From Bacteroidales bacterium (GTDB taxonomy: Bacteria > Bacteroidota > Bacteroidia > Bacteroidales > DTU049): 47,493 nt of DNA. Below the pieces are notes generated by a model. The model was not told the origin of the DNA and searched no databases. It was given only the letters and a program-made list of their open reading frames with translations. The stretch lies in the NCBI GenBank assembly GCA_033809015.1, contig JAPXMM010000001.1:1-47493 (forward strand). Reading direction: 5' to 3'. This document shows, one piece after another, positions 47,293 to 47,493 of the stretch (the stretch's first letter is position 1; every line of letters starts with the position of its first letter). Position numbers and translations under genes: made by a program.

Positions 47293-47493
47293 ATTAAGGG
47301 GGAGAAGTAGATATGGTATTATAATGGATAAAATTTTAAAAGATTTTATCCATTATAATAAAACATTTATTTATGTTTAACTTTTCATGTTAAATATATT
47401 TGTTATTTTTGTAAAAAATTTAAATTATGGAATATACAGCTGAAAACATAGAAAAGATGCTGGCTCTGACCAAAGAGGGTAAACGTGAATTTT
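47293..47493 (+). mobile_element. Left end of a second, diverged IS of the same family (truncated by the window edge)
   Basis: 'attaagggggagaagtagatatgg' resembles the left TIR region 'ataaagtggggggggaatgatggag' of the IS at 31903. It is followed about 130 nt later by a paralogous transposase start. Confidence 0.4.
47427..47493 (+). CDS. Transposase N-terminus (partial), paralog of 32007-33014
   Basis: MEYTAENIEKMLALTKEGKREF versus MNKLFENPTEVFALSKEGTRELY. A 'tatttttg' box lies about 20 nt upstream. Confidence 0.45.
   Translation, partial: MEYTAENIEKMLALTKEGKREF

Noticed and set aside
47326-47351. Hairpin 'ggataaaat tttaaaag attttatcc' as the terminator of the GH57 gene.
   Set aside because: It is not followed by a T-run, and it lies inside the putative left end of the second IS. 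Its status is ambiguous, so it is not listed as a feature.

Overview
Very AT-rich chromosomal segment that looks like Bacteroidota. Supporting signs are GldB, two secreted peptidases with T9SS-type C-terminal sorting tails, TAnnTTTG-type -7 promoter boxes, Nqr subunits, and a GDE/GT4/GH57 glycogen cluster. Most of the window is housekeeping: purC, metG, ddl, pepC, nqrDEF, purF (frameshifted), folC, tgt, an LptF/G-family permease, rdgB, panC and an LptD-like protein.

Four things stand out.
1. Region 9.2-13.2 kb is a tandem array of defence-type genes: a PD-(D/E)XK nuclease, a DUF262/DUF1524 GmrSD-like enzyme, and a 3x zinc-ribbon repeat protein. Each gene is preceded by a paralogous 130-215 bp promoter/leader module. 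The array ends in a decayed second copy of the nuclease gene.
2. A type II R-M pair at 17.6-19.5 kb is separated from that array by purC-ABC-metG.
3. A 1002-aa protein at 38.7-41.7 kb has five exact 46-aa N-terminal repeats, TPRs and two CbbX/SpoVK-type AAA+ modules. It sits next to a small two-TM protein.
4. A MITE-like intergenic repeat family has at least 6 copies, one carrying a 145-nt foldback.

One IS (Zn-ribbon plus IS1595-like DDE transposase) lies at 31.9-33.05 kb, and a diverged second copy starts at the window end. No rRNA and no CRISPR array were seen. All calls come from reading the translations and sequence by eye; no database search was run.
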